A stretch of 64,000 bases of DNA from Trichosphaerium sp. ATCC 40318 (Eukaryota; Protista; Tubulinea). Location: the NCBI GenBank assembly GCA_038496445.1, contig JALMLS010000085.1, positions 62,001 to 126,000 of the forward strand, given 5' to 3'. The translations under genes and the position numbers were made by a program. Positions 40,935-53,186 of this stretch are shown here, piece after piece; position 1 is the first letter of the stretch, and each line of letters starts with the position of its first letter. Below the pieces are notes generated by a model. That model had not been told where the DNA came from. It worked only from the letters and a program-made list of their open reading frames with translations, and ran no database searches.

Positions 40935-43900
40935 ATGGCGTACTACGAAGACGACTCCATCGACGAAGTACAGGCAGCAAACAGAAAGGCGTTGTATGAC
41001 TACAATGAAGCTGGTGTTGATAATACTGGCTATACAACGTTTACAGAAAGTGACATTGAGTCTTCATTTGATTCCTATGAAAGTGAAGACGAGTTACGCC
41101 CTTCTAACGATAAATTGGACAAGGTAAAGCGTATTTAGAGCGATTTTAGTATAAATCTGGCGTTTAGGATTGGAATAAAGAATTTCAAGCCGCAATGGCC
41201 ATGGAGAATGGTCTAGCGAAGTACCAGGCGATAACAAATTTAGCGCAAGATTTTAGCTATGTACAACTCCAGAACGTATCCACACTGTACTAACTTTACC
41301 AGGCATCACGCCTTTACGCTAAGGTGATAGTTTCGGAGTTGTATGTAGACGATGAATTAAAAACAATCAAACCAGTTAAAATAGGTGGTGTAGCAGGAGG
41401 TACGTCATATACAACCATAAAGCAATCGTTTAACGCAACTTCTAAAATAAATTCCGAAATAGGATCCAAAGTACGCTGATTTTCAATAAAACGCACTGTT
41501 GAGTTACTAAACCTTGTGCAGTATATTTGCCAAGGTACTTGAAAGATAGAGGATCAAGTTATTCGTGACATTGTTACAATTTAGGTATTTTATTTAAATT
41601 CGCTCTTGATATTGAAGGATTGTATGGTAAGCGTGGTTTTTCTATCATTTCAAACGGTTTAGAAAATGTAACAAAAGAAAATCTTCTTTCGATGGTTGCT
41701 TCTCTTAGAACTGTTCTAAATGCTTCTAGGTGGTGATGAGTTCGCTATGAAGGCTGCTAATCATGAATTACATGGTTTAATGTGCTATATGGACCAAGAG
41801 ATACCAAGTAAAACGCGCTTACTGTTTTTTTCTAATGACATTAGGTGTCAACTTTCCTCTCATGTGTTTGATCGATTATAGAGGTTTTCGTGTAGTTTCA
41901 ATGTCATTATTACCTCTAGGAGGTGATACACTTATTTATGGAAGTTGTAATGGCGGACATGATGTATACGCATCAGACAAGAAGTTCAATGCTGTCATGA
42001 AAGATGTAAGAGACTCACTTTTTTGTTTGACTTTAACTCTTCTTCTGTTTAGGCAGCAAAGAAACTGAATTTAAGAGGACATATTTGTGGAATGAAGGAT
42101 CAGAAAATGATACATGGTCCTGCTGATATAGAAGGTCATCGAAGCAAACTGGTTAGTAAACAAAAAAAGATTATTTCAAGGAAAAAATCTAAAAATAAAT
42201 GTATTTGACTGTTCTGTTCTAGGATGGTAAATATTATCTATTGGATTTTGCTAGAGTGTGCGTTGAATATATAGTTCTGTTTTTATTACAGTAATTGGGG
42301 TTTTTATTTTATTTTTAGGATGCCACCTCAACGTAAAGAAAAAGGTGTCAATGATAAGAAAAAAACACATCTTTATGAATTATTACGTCCTGAATTCGTA
42401 AGATTTTATTCAAAGCCATTGAGTTCAGATGCATTGACTGGTATGGGTAGACATGACGAAAAATTTAAGGAGTATAACAAAGATGTACGTGAACAATACC
42501 CAATTCGAAATTAACCTTTTTTTGTTCGACCTGTTAGGCAAGTGATGCAAGTGAAATGTTGTTTTGTGAAACTATTCCACAAATGGCAGTTTGGTTAGAT
42601 TCTTTACAATCTTGTCCTCATGGTCAAGCTTTAGTTGACGCCATACATCGTAAAGGTAAGGTGAAAAACTGCCTTTTACCAGATCCATTAATTTTGGGAT
42701 TCTTCTTTTTTTCTTTTTTTCTTCTTTGTCGTTTTAATTTTAATGTTATGGTAGGTATAAATTGCAGACATTTGGGTCGTTTGCGTATGGCATCTGAGAA
42801 TGATGATACGAAGAAAAAGTGTCTTGAAGAAATGATAACAAGAGTATTAAAAGATAGATTAAACGCTTTTCTCAGAGCTGAGATGGAACGTATTAAAGTG
42901 CCTGCAGAGCAACCTTATCGTCTTCTTATCAAGAATCTTCTTGATGCTGTATTCGTTGTAGACAGGAAGAAGATTTGGTGTGGGGTAATTAAACAGATAA
43001 TAGACAGTGGCGTAGTTACTAACCAAGAATTTTTTAAGAAACTTAAGAAATGGATTCGCAAAAAGTTTCACTGTGGCCTAACAGTAGAGGAAAAGGCTAA
43101 AACTTTTGATTTGTTATCTATTATAGATGTTCAATATATCATTGAACGATTACAAACTATCACGTGCATTAAAATCAAATCCAACGCGATATCTTCACTC
43201 GTTTATGGCGCAGGTTGCATGTACGTTTCAAAAAACCCCTAACCCCTCATTTTGTCTTACTTACTCCTATAGTGTTACTGCAGATGTATGCAAAGTTGGT
43301 GTAAGTGTAAAGAATATAAACTTAGTAGGTAAGATAGAGTTGTATTGTTGTGTCTGGAATACGTTGCGAAACCAAAAAAAAATTGAACTAAAAAAGAAAG
43401 TTAAAGATCTTTTCACTAATACGTTATAGCTATGGCCTCTGCAAAACAACTTAGTCTAGAGGCTCTCAAAGTTACTGGATCAGAATCAAACAGACTTTTT
43501 AAAGATTCTATGCGTAAATTCAAGGTAAGTAAACCAGAAGAAAAGACAGCATGGATTTTTATATTTTCCTAAACTTTATCTCAGGAAGCTCTTCATGCAA
43601 CACCTGCTAGTGGTCTTATACTCTATGAATGGGGGATGGCTCTTTGGAGATATGCTAAGTCAATAAAACTAAACTGGAAACGATTAATTTACACTTCTCA
43701 GGCGAAAGAGGTACTAAACGAAAGAAAATACTAAGTCACTAATCTCACTTAACAGAAATTGGTTCAAGCTGTTGCTATGAATAACACTGATCCTCATATG
43801 CATGTGCAATGTGGTATATTAACCATAGAGCACCTTATGAATCCTCACCTTCTTTGGAATCATGCCCGTAGAGAGTCTTATGACAGTGAAGAATTCAGTG

Positions 43901-45980
43901 TATGTTTGTCATATGAATTATTTGTTGTTTAACTGCTCTGTCTAGAATGCATTTAAAACAGCAACGATGCACCTTGAACAAGCTTTGGCACTAGATAAGA
44001 GTGGTGTAATTGCGCAGATTATAGCAAAGTACGCCTATGGAGCTGAACCGACATGTTTGCTGTCACTGATTCATGTACGCTTTTTTTTGGTCATATTTTT
44101 TGTGAACTTATGTTGGTATTAGATATCTGAAGCCTTACCTAAAGCATTTGATGTGATTAAAGCTGATATGGTTTTGGAAAAGCGTACAGAGTTTCAGTGT
44201 AATAACTCGGCCTTTGTCAGCAAAAAAACACTTGAAAGACTTGTATCTTTAATGCCAAACCTGAGCGTTCTACAAGTAAGTGAAGTCAAATATGTTTACT
44301 TTTTTTTTAATGATCACTTGATTTAGATTCAACACAATGTTTATATAGACAATGACAGTCTAAAGCTTATGTCTGCAACTCACTTGAGTCATATCACAAC
44401 ACTATGTATTTCTGGATGTTCAAACATTACAAAGATTCCCAAGTCACTTAAAAACTTAAAAACACTAACAATATGTGACGTACCTGTTACATCACGTGAA
44501 TTTGGAGCTATTGCGAAAATGCACCCACAAATAACTTCACTTGACCTAAGTGGTTGTCGTCATATAACTGATGAAGTAGTTACTCTTATAGCAATGAATA
44601 TGACTAATCTAAGACGATTGGTTCTTGGTGCTTTTAGTAACTTATCAAGAAACCTTTTTTTCTGCTACAAGATGGAGACACCTACATTCCCTTTCCCTAA
44701 TTTAACGTACCTTGACTTACACGGATGTCAAAGGCTTTCAGAAGCGTCTATACAGTCAATATCAAAGTAAGCACAAGACAAAAAAAAAACTTTTTAGTTC
44801 ACGTGCAAAGAATTAACAATTCGTTTTTAGATGTGTTTCTTTGAAGACTCTTAAAGTTTCATTCCGTGTCAAGCCCAATGGTATGTGTTACCTCTTTTTT
44901 ATTGCAAATGTGCCCTAACATATAGCATAGAAAGTGGCAGCTGTAGAGGTGAAAGCGGTCATATAGCCATTGCAAAGAAGTGCACAAAACTTGAACACCT
45001 AGGCATGTGCAATAATTTTTTGTTAGTGCTAACTTTGGTTGTACAGACTTTGAATCATTTACTGTCACTGATAGTACAATGAAACAAATTGCTAAATCTT
45101 GTCCACTCATTCGTACCCTGGATTTGGGAACATGCAAAAACATTAAAGGTAGACACATCAAATACCTACTGCAAAAGGTACAATACAAAATTTCGGAAAA
45201 CACACGTGATTATTGTATACAAACCGTTTTTCATATTGACGTATTTTTTTGAAGGCCGAACATCTAGAAACGCTTAATTTAAGTTATGTGGAACTAGAAC
45301 CTAAGGCGTTTGTTGGTTTGGGAAAATGTGTAAGCAATAGTCTCCACGAATTGAACATCAATCACTGCTCGAACCTTGTCAATATAGACGAAATATTCAA
45401 GGCTTGTCCAAATATGCAAATTCTTAGGGCAGTTGGTGTCACATGTATAGTTGATAATACTCTTGATTGTATAGCAAAGTGCTGTAAGAATATCCAAGCT
45501 ATTGATGTATCCAAGTGTGGATTATTAACAGCAAAGGGTATTGCAAGTTTTGTTCGTCAAGTGCCAGATCTCAAAAAGCTTGGTTTGACTGCACTCCGTG
45601 TTAGTGAATCTCTTCTAAAAGAAATTGGAAATTGCTTACCGGAATTGACTGATTTAAGGTTAACCAATACCAAACATATGTCACAATGTTACCACACGTG
45701 CGTTAAAGCGAGGAAATCCTTTTTTTTTTTTTCTCTTTATTTGTTTTTTTTGAAATAATTCTTATTTTTCTTTACTTCTTTTTTTGACACTTTTGCTTCT
45801 TTCTTTAGGTTACAATACGTAGTACAACAGTGTAAAAAACTTGAGAATTTACAAGTTGAAGATTGTAATATACCAAAAGAGTTTTTACGTGATGGATTGA
45901 GGTATAAACAAACGAATCTAAGAATACATTTCATGGAAAAAACAGATGACATTAAAGCACAACTTAAAGTCTTGGTTTAA
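40935..45980 (+). CDS. Clu-domain protein with TPR-like region and C-terminal cysteine-containing (FBXL-type) LRRs, about 24 introns
   Basis: DWNKEFQ, GGVAGGSKYICQGILFKFA, FPLMCLIDYRGFRV, GPADIEGH..DG.YYLLDFAR, LYELLRPE, H.KGINCRHLG; LDLSGCRHITD-type LRRs. Confidence 0.88.
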
Positions 45981-46285
45981 AAAAAACGTACAAATACGGA
46001 ACTACTCTTCCTTTCAAAGGAAGTATACCACAACACCGATAAATATGATAAAACAATGCTTAGCATAATTCTTCAATAAACTATTAGACTCATGCAACTG
46101 GTTACTTTCCTAGTACAATTCACTTCATATGAAGGCAAGATTCATCACCACGATTTAAGGTTGTTGCAAGTTGAAAGGCGCAAAGTCGGAACTCATCATC
46201 GGTTCTAGGAGTATACACTTACAGATCCTAATATGTGGAATATTACACCAGGAGACTATGTGGGAAACCCAAATATGTAGAACTT

Positions 46286-46479
46286 TGTCAAAAAAAAGTC
46301 GAAAATTCGGCACACTAACTATCCTATATTATGCCATAGGAACTATTTAGAAAGCCCCCCTGAAAGGGGGAGTTTGTGGGGGAGAGCCTAGCGGCGACTG
46401 AGCGCCATAACCCAGTTGTCTCCCTTTGTGGCGAACAGTTCAATATCACTTTGACATTTTTTCGACTTTTTTTTCGACA
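46286..46479. mobile_element. MITE-like or structured element with ~20-bp imperfect terminal inverted repeats and a GC-rich hairpin core
   Basis: TGTCAAAAAAAAGTCGAAAA ... TTTTCGACTTTTTTTTCGACA; core hairpins CCCCC-TGAAA-GGGGG, GGCG/CGCC, GGGAGA/TCTCCC. Confidence 0.4.
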
Positions 46480-46785
46480 TTTTAGTACACACCGACTATG
46501 TTCTTCGTGCTGCCATTTAACAACTTTATTTTTTGATTGTTCGTGTATGGTAGTGCTGAACACGTGCTAAAATAAAACGACAAGCACCAAAATGAACAAA
46601 CGTGGTGGCCACACGTTCGCGAAAACCATACGGAACTTCGTTGTTGTATTTACAGAAAACAGCTATCCATAAAATACCTTTTGAGCTTACGTAGGCGTAT
46701 TTATACAAACAACACGTGATTATTTTTATTTTAAGTTAAACCGACGCACAAAACTCAATAATCACTATCAAGCTCGCAGTAAAAC

Positions 46786-47502
46786 ATGAAATCGGTTATT
46801 GTTTTTCTTACATTGGTGATAACGACCACATACGCAGCGTCTGGCCAAGCCACATTTTATGGTGGAAACCCATTTGGAAACAGTTGTGGCGCTAACGGCC
46901 CATACACTGGTCACCCTATCAACGGTCATTACGCAGCAGCTGGTAGTACAATATTCAACGATGGCTATGGATGTGGTCGTTGTTACAGGATAACGTGTAC
47001 AGGACCGCAAATAAACCCTTTCTGCGATTGTACAGGTGGTAGCGCTCAAATAGTCCAAATCATCGATCAATGCCCAGAATGCTCCTCCACTCATTTTGAT
47101 TTGAATTTGGACACTGCAGCCGCTGTAGTAGGCTCTTCGAGCGCGGCTTTAGCATGTGGTGTGATAGGTATCACGTTCGAACGCGTACAGTGCGACATCC
47201 CTGGAGGCTTCATAATCAGGAACAAGGCTGGCACTAGCAAGTGGTGGTATGGATTCCACATGGACAATGTATCAGGCTGGGGTAATGTTAATAGTGTGCA
47301 GTTATTCAAGGGTTCCACCGTCGTTGCCACGTGCGACAAAAGCCAGGGAACATCATTCTTTTATTGCTCGCTTATAACAACCCTTCCCAACCCACCTTTG
47401 ACAGTTAAGCTTTTTGGGGATTTCGGAACAACAACAACAGCCACCGATTGTATTTCAAGCTACAACGGCGGTGCCACGTTTAAATGTTCTCCAAACTTGT
47501 AA
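46786..47502 (+). CDS. Expansin-like protein (DPBB + CBM63-like), secreted, intronless
   Basis: Signal peptide; GQATFYG, SCG, GYGCGRCYRITC, DQCPEC..THFDL, ERVQC. Confidence 0.9.
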   Translation: MKSVIVFLTLVITTTYAASGQATFYGGNPFGNSCGANGPYTGHPINGHYAAAGSTIFNDGYGCGRCYRITCTGPQINPFCDCTGGSAQIVQIIDQCPECSSTHFDLNLDTAAAVVGSSSAALACGVIGITFERVQCDIPGGFIIRNKAGTSKWWYGFHMDNVSGWGNVNSVQLFKGSTVVATCDKSQGTSFFYCSLITTLPNPPLTVKLFGDFGTTTTATDCISSYNGGATFKCSPNL

Positions 47503-47621
47503 AACCGCAATAAACATCAAATTCCCGCTTCAAAACAACATTATTTGTTACTTTAAATCAGTTATGAATGCCTCTACAATAGGTAAGATCAAATCTTTAT
47601 ATCTATTTTACACTACATACT

Positions 47622-48123
47622 TCACTCACGTATCCTTAGTACCAGGTGTAAGGTTACTTGATATTCCATGTTATAGTCGCAAAGAGTTTTGTCATCATCA
47701 CTTAGAGCCTTGCCAGCAAATATAATCCTTTGTTGCTCTGGTGGTGCACCCGACTTGTCTTGTATCAGTTCCTTTAGTTTAGCAACTGTAATTCCAAGGT
47801 CAATATCGGTTAAATGATAAGTTTGTCCTACAAGCGTTTTGATGTATATTTGACGCAGCACGTGTCCAGGGTAGCTTATATTCAGTTCATCGCCGTCTTT
47901 TAAGCCTAATTCGCCGATTGTCGTTGTATTATCGTTAACCTCTATCTGTTCACCTCCGCTTTTCGTGTATGATAAAAATATGCCTTCTACACCGCCTGAG
48001 AGCTTTAAATTGTCTGGTGAAATAAGTTGTTGTTTTAATGTGGCAACTGTCGTAGAACTGGCCAATGCTTTCTTTGTAGAGCCTTTGTAAGGTCCCCATA
48101 TTTTTACGTTTACCTTGCTCATT
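47622..48123 (-). CDS. Tandem ubiquitin-like protein lacking the C-terminal diglycine, intronless
   Basis: Second domain QIYIKTLVG...[34 protein letters not shown]...LHLVLRIRE-stop; divergent first Ubl domain. Confidence 0.85.
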
Positions 48124-48841
48124 ACCCTTAGTTGTAGCAAAGATTTAGACTCAACTTAACTGATTTCTAAGTCACTTTATTGACCACCTGTGGTCTCTTT
48201 AGGTCAACGACATCTCTAGACCAGTCGACTATTTTGATAGCTAAGACAGTATCTCACATTCAACTTGTGTTTTGAAGAAGCAATTCTTGCAACATAGTGT
48301 GGCTAATGAGTTTTTTTTTCTATCTAAGCATGAAGTGATAGTTCCTGCCTTCAAAGTCATTTCGCCTTCAACAAGCGGACAAGCTAATGGTAGCGTCATT
48401 TATGTCACCAGTAAATCATAATCGTCTGCATTATGTTGTCGTAAGTAGCAAATATCTAGCTGTTTTACAGACACAGTTTTGAATATTCAATCCACGAATA
48501 ATTGGTGATTACTTTGCTGAAAGAACTTACGAAATTAATTAATTCCTGGTGGTTCAGAGTACCCATTACTGTTCATTAATCTATACAAACATTGTTCGAT
48601 TGTTCTTCCTCCAACAGGAACTATAGCAGAAGATAACAGAAATACAAGTCCTCATATACAAAGCTAATGCGAGTGCTGTTTGTCCAACATCAACAACCAC
48701 TCCAGTGAGCAGCTCTAATAATGTAAGTCCCACAAATACCCCTGGAATACAGTGTTAACAACAAACACGTTTTATTTGACTATTTAATTAATCTATCTAA
48801 CAACAAGCACATGTTTCTTTACTTTTTTTGGTGATGACCTT

Positions 48842-50326
48842 TTATTCTTTTCCAGACCAACAAAAAATCGATAAATAAAAGGTGTTTGCAAAGTACCTGA
48901 ACCAACCATATAAAATATTATGAAACATCAGTAATGGAAAAACAAGTGTGTTGAATGATCTTATCAATAAACCGCTACTTTGAGTACCAGTTTTCTTGTT
49001 GGTACCAAAGTGTTTTTTCCTTCTTGTTTTTTTCATGCTGAACCATCTCTTTACCTCATCATCTGCCTCTGCAGCGGGCTTTCCAGTCTCAACCCATTCT
49101 TTATTGCTTATTAGCTTACCATCAACCCACATGCTTAATGATCTAAGTTGTCCATTTTCATGCCATTCCTTACTTTCACCGTTTTGTTTACCATTGGCCC
49201 AAGTGGCTTGAGACCTGATTTGTCCGGCTGAACGCCATTCTTTGTATTCACCATGCCGTTCACCTTTGACATAAGTGCTGTATTCTTTCAGTTGTCCATC
49301 TTCATACCACTCCTTTCTTACACCATCTATTTTATCATTGACCCAAGTTTCTTGAGAAATGAGTTGTCCGTTTTTGGACCAGCGTTTGGTTTCACCATGC
49401 TTTTCACCATTGATAAATGGGATAGATGCTATAAGCTGTCCGTTTTCATGCCATATTTTAGATTCACCATGTTGTTTGTTATCAACAAACATACACCAAC
49501 TCACAAGTTGTCCATTTTCATGCCACCCCTTTCTTTCGCCGTTTTCTTTACCATTGATCCAAGTACTTTGAGCTTTAAGTTGTCCGTTTTCATGCCACTC
49601 CTTACCTTCACCATTTATCTCACCACCATCAGTAAGTACGTAATGGACCTTAAGTCGGCCATTTTCATGCCACTCCTTTCGTTCACCATTTTGTTTACCA
49701 TTGGTCCAAGTGCTTTCAGCTTCAAGTTGCCCGTTTTTATACCACTGGTTAGCTTTGCCGTTTAGTTTACCATCAATCATTGTGCCACGCGCAATGAGTT
49801 GGCCATTTTCATACCACTCCTTAACTTTGCCGTTCTGTTTACCATTGACATAATTACTTTGAGATGATAGTTGCCCGTTTTCATACCACGTCTTAGCTTC
49901 GCCGTTCTGTTTACCATTGACCCAAGTGATTTGAGCTTTGAGGTGTCCGTTTTCGTACCAGTGGGTAAATTCGCCGTTTTGTTCGCCTTTGACACAGTTG
50001 CCTTGAGAATTAAGTTGTCCGTTTTTATACCACTGTTTGACTTCTCCTTCTATTTTACCATCGACCAATATCCATTGCGACTCAAGTTGCCCATTTTCAT
50101 GCCAGCATTGACATAATCCAGTTTTTGCATGTTCATGGGAACAAACTTTTCCGCTTTTATACCAACTGATCCATTTTCCTTTCGGTTCTAATGACTCATC
50201 AAAATGAGTGTTGATTGCTGCTCTCCTCGACAATGTATGGAACTTTGTGAATGTTTTCGAGTCGAAAGTACAGATGTACTGTTGGATATCACATGGAAGA
50301 TCTAACAAAGTCAAAGAAGACGACAT
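48842..50326 (-). CDS. F-box-like + MORN-variant repeat protein, intronless
   Basis: LLDLPCDIQQYI N-terminus; about 14 repeats of 24 aa (G...GE.KEWHENGQL); hydrophobic C-terminal tail. Confidence 0.85.
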   Translation of the reverse strand: MSSSLTLLDLPCDIQQYICTFDSKTFTKFHTLSRRAAINTHFDESLEPKGKWISWYKSGKVCSHEHAKTGLCQCWHENGQLESQWILVDGKIEGEVKQWYKNGQLNSQGNCVKGEQNGEFTHWYENGHLKAQITWVNGKQNGEAKTWYENGQLSSQSNYVNGKQNGKVKEWYENGQLIARGTMIDGKLNGKANQWYKNGQLEAESTWTNGKQNGERKEWHENGRLKVHYVLTDGGEINGEGKEWHENGQLKAQSTWINGKENGERKGWHENGQLVSWCMFVDNKQHGESKIWHENGQLIASIPFINGEKHGETKRWSKNGQLISQETWVNDKIDGVRKEWYEDGQLKEYSTYVKGERHGEYKEWRSAGQIRSQATWANGKQNGESKEWHENGQLRSLSMWVDGKLISNKEWVETGKPAAEADDEVKRWFSMKKTRRKKHFGTNKKTGTQSSGLLIRSFNTLVFPLLMFHNILYGWFRYFANTFYLSIFCWSGKE

Positions 50327-50587
50327 TGTAGGTTCAAAAAAACTAAACAAGCGTTAGAACTGAGAATTTAAATGGTAAACCGTATGTGCTTTTGCACATA
50401 TGTTCTCAGCGGGACGGAACACGAAAAGGTCAAAAATCAAATAGATCCCAAAAAAAAAAAGAAACTGCACATGAGGCTGTTTTCGGCACGTGCTCGGTTA
50501 TTTGCTGTAAAGAAGGCCGTTACTTTTGTGTATTTTGTTGACCGAAAGCAAGGTAGGTACCAAGTGAGTTGACAATTTAAAGTGAGT

Positions 50588-51070
50588 TTAGAATGTAATA
50601 TCTAATCTTGGCGTTTTACTGCTGAATGAAGGCCTGTGTTTCTGTTGGTAGAATAGATATCCATTCAATAACTTAAAAAAAAGGTAAGCATCTGTACGAT
50701 TTAAGTGTTTTAGACCGCCTTTTGACGAACAAGTACATTGATTCTTAACACTGCGTTTACAGTCTGAGAATAAAATGCGTTCGGGATTTATGGTACAAAT
50801 GTTGTGTTGTGATACCGTACCTACTACGTTATTCCTTGTTGCGTCTGATACCTTTTTGTATTGTGACTTTAACTTAACTGAGTTTAGCTTTACCTTAGCT
50901 TGCGTAACACGTGACCTTGGTAGCCTGCGGGCACCCAACGACACTTCAAAGCCTCTTGATGATAGTGAAGGAGCACCTAGTCCAGTAGATGCCTTTTTCA
51001 AGTAATAAACATTGACATTGGTTTCAGGAAGCCCTTCATTCAAAATATTTTTGCTTTTTCGCCATGCCAT
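50588..51070 (-). CDS. Hypothetical protein or gene remnant
   Basis: 160-aa ATG-initiated ORF with no recognisable motif; part of it is duplicated at 53187-53490. Confidence 0.3.
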   Translation of the reverse strand: MAWRKSKNILNEGLPETNVNVYYLKKASTGLGAPSLSSRGFEVSLGARRLPRSRVTQAKVKLNSVKLKSQYKKVSDATRNNVVGTVSQHNICTINPERILFSDCKRSVKNQCTCSSKGGLKHLNRTDAYLFFKLLNGYLFYQQKHRPSFSSKTPRLDITF

Positions 51071-52151
51071 ACTGCAACGTGTATCTAATATGTTCCAGCT
51101 CTTTTTTCAAGTGACAGCGAAGCAATAAAGTATCACGTGTCACGCAAGGTCTAGTTTATTAGATGAGAAAGGTCCAACACGTCAATGGACCACAAAACCA
51201 ACCAAGTGATACTGAAATCAAAGAAAAAAAACAGTACGAAGTTAAAACAATACTGTTAACGCCATGTATTGATATTACGTGCTGAAGGACCATCTCCTCG
51301 TCTGAACACTGGTCTATCTATCCTATTGTTGCGAAATATATTGTCCGTATCATTCAAGTTTGCAACAGGTTTGGCAGGTATCAAAGTGTAAGATCTTGCA
51401 AGTTCTAACTAACGCCCTTCCGTTATGAATACTGATAGAATATTCATTTTGTAAGTTCTGGAGTTTTGCAAGTTCTGTCAGATTTTGTCAGTTTTGATAT
51501 CTCTTCCAGAAAAACAAAACTGATAGGCTGGAAGTTCTGTCAGTTTTGCAATGTTGAACCAGTGCAATGTGAATGCATCACATTCTATAACTCATGACAA
51601 TGTACCTTGCTTGCCGTCCTTGTAACAAACCATGACATAAGTGACCATGTTTACAAAAAATGTGTTCCTTGAATACAGTTAACGGGGTTACTTGAACGCA
51701 GTTAATGACATTGAAAAAAAGTAATAAGTACTATAATTACATGAATAGTGTTAACAAGATGTCACAAAAATCTGGAAACACGAGCGTGTGACAGCACCAT
51801 TTTGGTTATAAGAATCGCCTTGTGTGCTTGCATCTTCAGCTTTATCCAAAGATTTCGTTTCACATCACATCTAAGGTTGGTTGTGAAGCAGAAATTTTAA
51901 CAGCTAATTTTGATAATAAATTTGACAAAATCTGTTTGCTTTCATTGGTCAAACGAGCAACCTGACAGGATCCATGTAAAGGTTTCGCGTCAAGCTACTC
52001 ATTTCTAAAGAAAGCCAAACTAAGTTAGTTTCAACAACGAAGTTAAGTTCAATTCGAAGTCTAAATATAGTAAGAAACTCAAGCATTACAACTCCTAACA
52101 CTAAACGGACAATAAAACTGATTAGTCAAACACATTCCTTTAAATACTGTA

Positions 52152-52937
52152 ATGGCACTCGAACCCGATCTACTACACCTCCCATACGAGTTATACCTTT
52201 ATATTACCGACATAGACCATGAAATATACGCCAAATGGTCTATACTGTGTAAAAGTACAGCAACATCAACTAGGTTCGACGAAAACTTGGAAAAACATGG
52301 CAGATGGGCGAAAAAGAATAAATGTTCAAGATATCCCAAAACAAAACAAATAGCTGTGATAAGACACTGGAACCATGGTAAACGACATGGTGAAAATAAG
52401 CGATGGTATGATAATGGACAACTTTATTACCAGGAAATGTGGGTTGATGGTAAACGACACGGCAACTGGAAACGTTTCTATGACACAGGGACACTAAGAG
52501 ATGAATGTACATATGTTGATGGTAAACGAGAGGGCGAGCGTAAGAAGTATTTCTGTACTAGCACATTAAGTATGCTTTGTACTTACGTTGATGGTAAACG
52601 AGAAGGAGAAATAAAGAAATGGCATAAGAATGGTCAGTTAATGGAGCTTAGTTTTAGCGTTGGCGGTAAACGAGAAGGAGAGATAAAGAGATGGCATAAG
52701 AATGGTCAGTTAATGGAGCTTAGTTTTCGCGTTGGCGGTAAACGAGAAGGAGAGACAAAGATATGGCATAAGAATGGTCAGCTAATGGAGCTTGGTTATA
52801 GTGTTGGTGGTAAACTAAAAGGACGGATAAAGCAGTGGAATAAGAATGGTCGGTTAATAGACGTTAGTTTTAGTATAGACCTTTCCCAGTACTACGTGGT
52901 AGTACCTTATCAAACACGTTTTACTAGTCCGGATTAA
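52152..52937 (+). CDS. F-box-like + MORN-variant repeat protein, intronless
   Basis: LLHLPYELYLYI...TRFDENLEKHGRW; GKREGEIKRWHKNGQL repeats. Confidence 0.85.
   Translation: MALEPDLLHLPYELYLYITDIDHEIYAKWSILCKSTATSTRFDENLEKHGRWAKKNKCSRYPKTKQIAVIRHWNHGKRHGENKRWYDNGQLYYQEMWVDGKRHGNWKRFYDTGTLRDECTYVDGKREGERKKYFCTSTLSMLCTYVDGKREGEIKKWHKNGQLMELSFSVGGKREGEIKRWHKNGQLMELSFRVGGKREGETKIWHKNGQLMELGYSVGGKLKGRIKQWNKNGRLIDVSFSIDLSQYYVVVPYQTRFTSPD
52593..52870 (+). repeat. Near-identical 72-bp coding tandem repeat, about 3.8 units
   Basis: Units start at 52593, 52665, 52737 and 52809. Confidence 0.9.
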
Positions 52938-53186
52938 TCTCGACGAAAATGGTCAATGCCTTTTCAAATGTAATTACGGCAAAGGTGTTCATGGAGAGTA
53001 CAAGAGCTGGTCTGTATATGGTTTTAGAGGAGGAATGTAATTGCACATGGCATCAAAGATGAGGCAAAAAAGGCAAACTTCTTTTGAGAGTGTCACAATG
53101 ATGTCAAAAGAAATAAAGTGAATATCCAATGTTAGCTTTGTGTTTGTAAGTATGTGTATGGAAGTATGATGTTGTATATGTTAGCG

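Noticed and set aside
46376-46450. tRNA gene or self-cleaving ribozyme
   Set aside because: No cloverleaf (T and acceptor stems fail); hammerhead CUGANGA and HDV cores are absent.
52593-52870. CRISPR array or DGR template/variable repeat
   Set aside because: These are in-frame coding tandem units without spacers, and there is no reverse transcriptase in the window.
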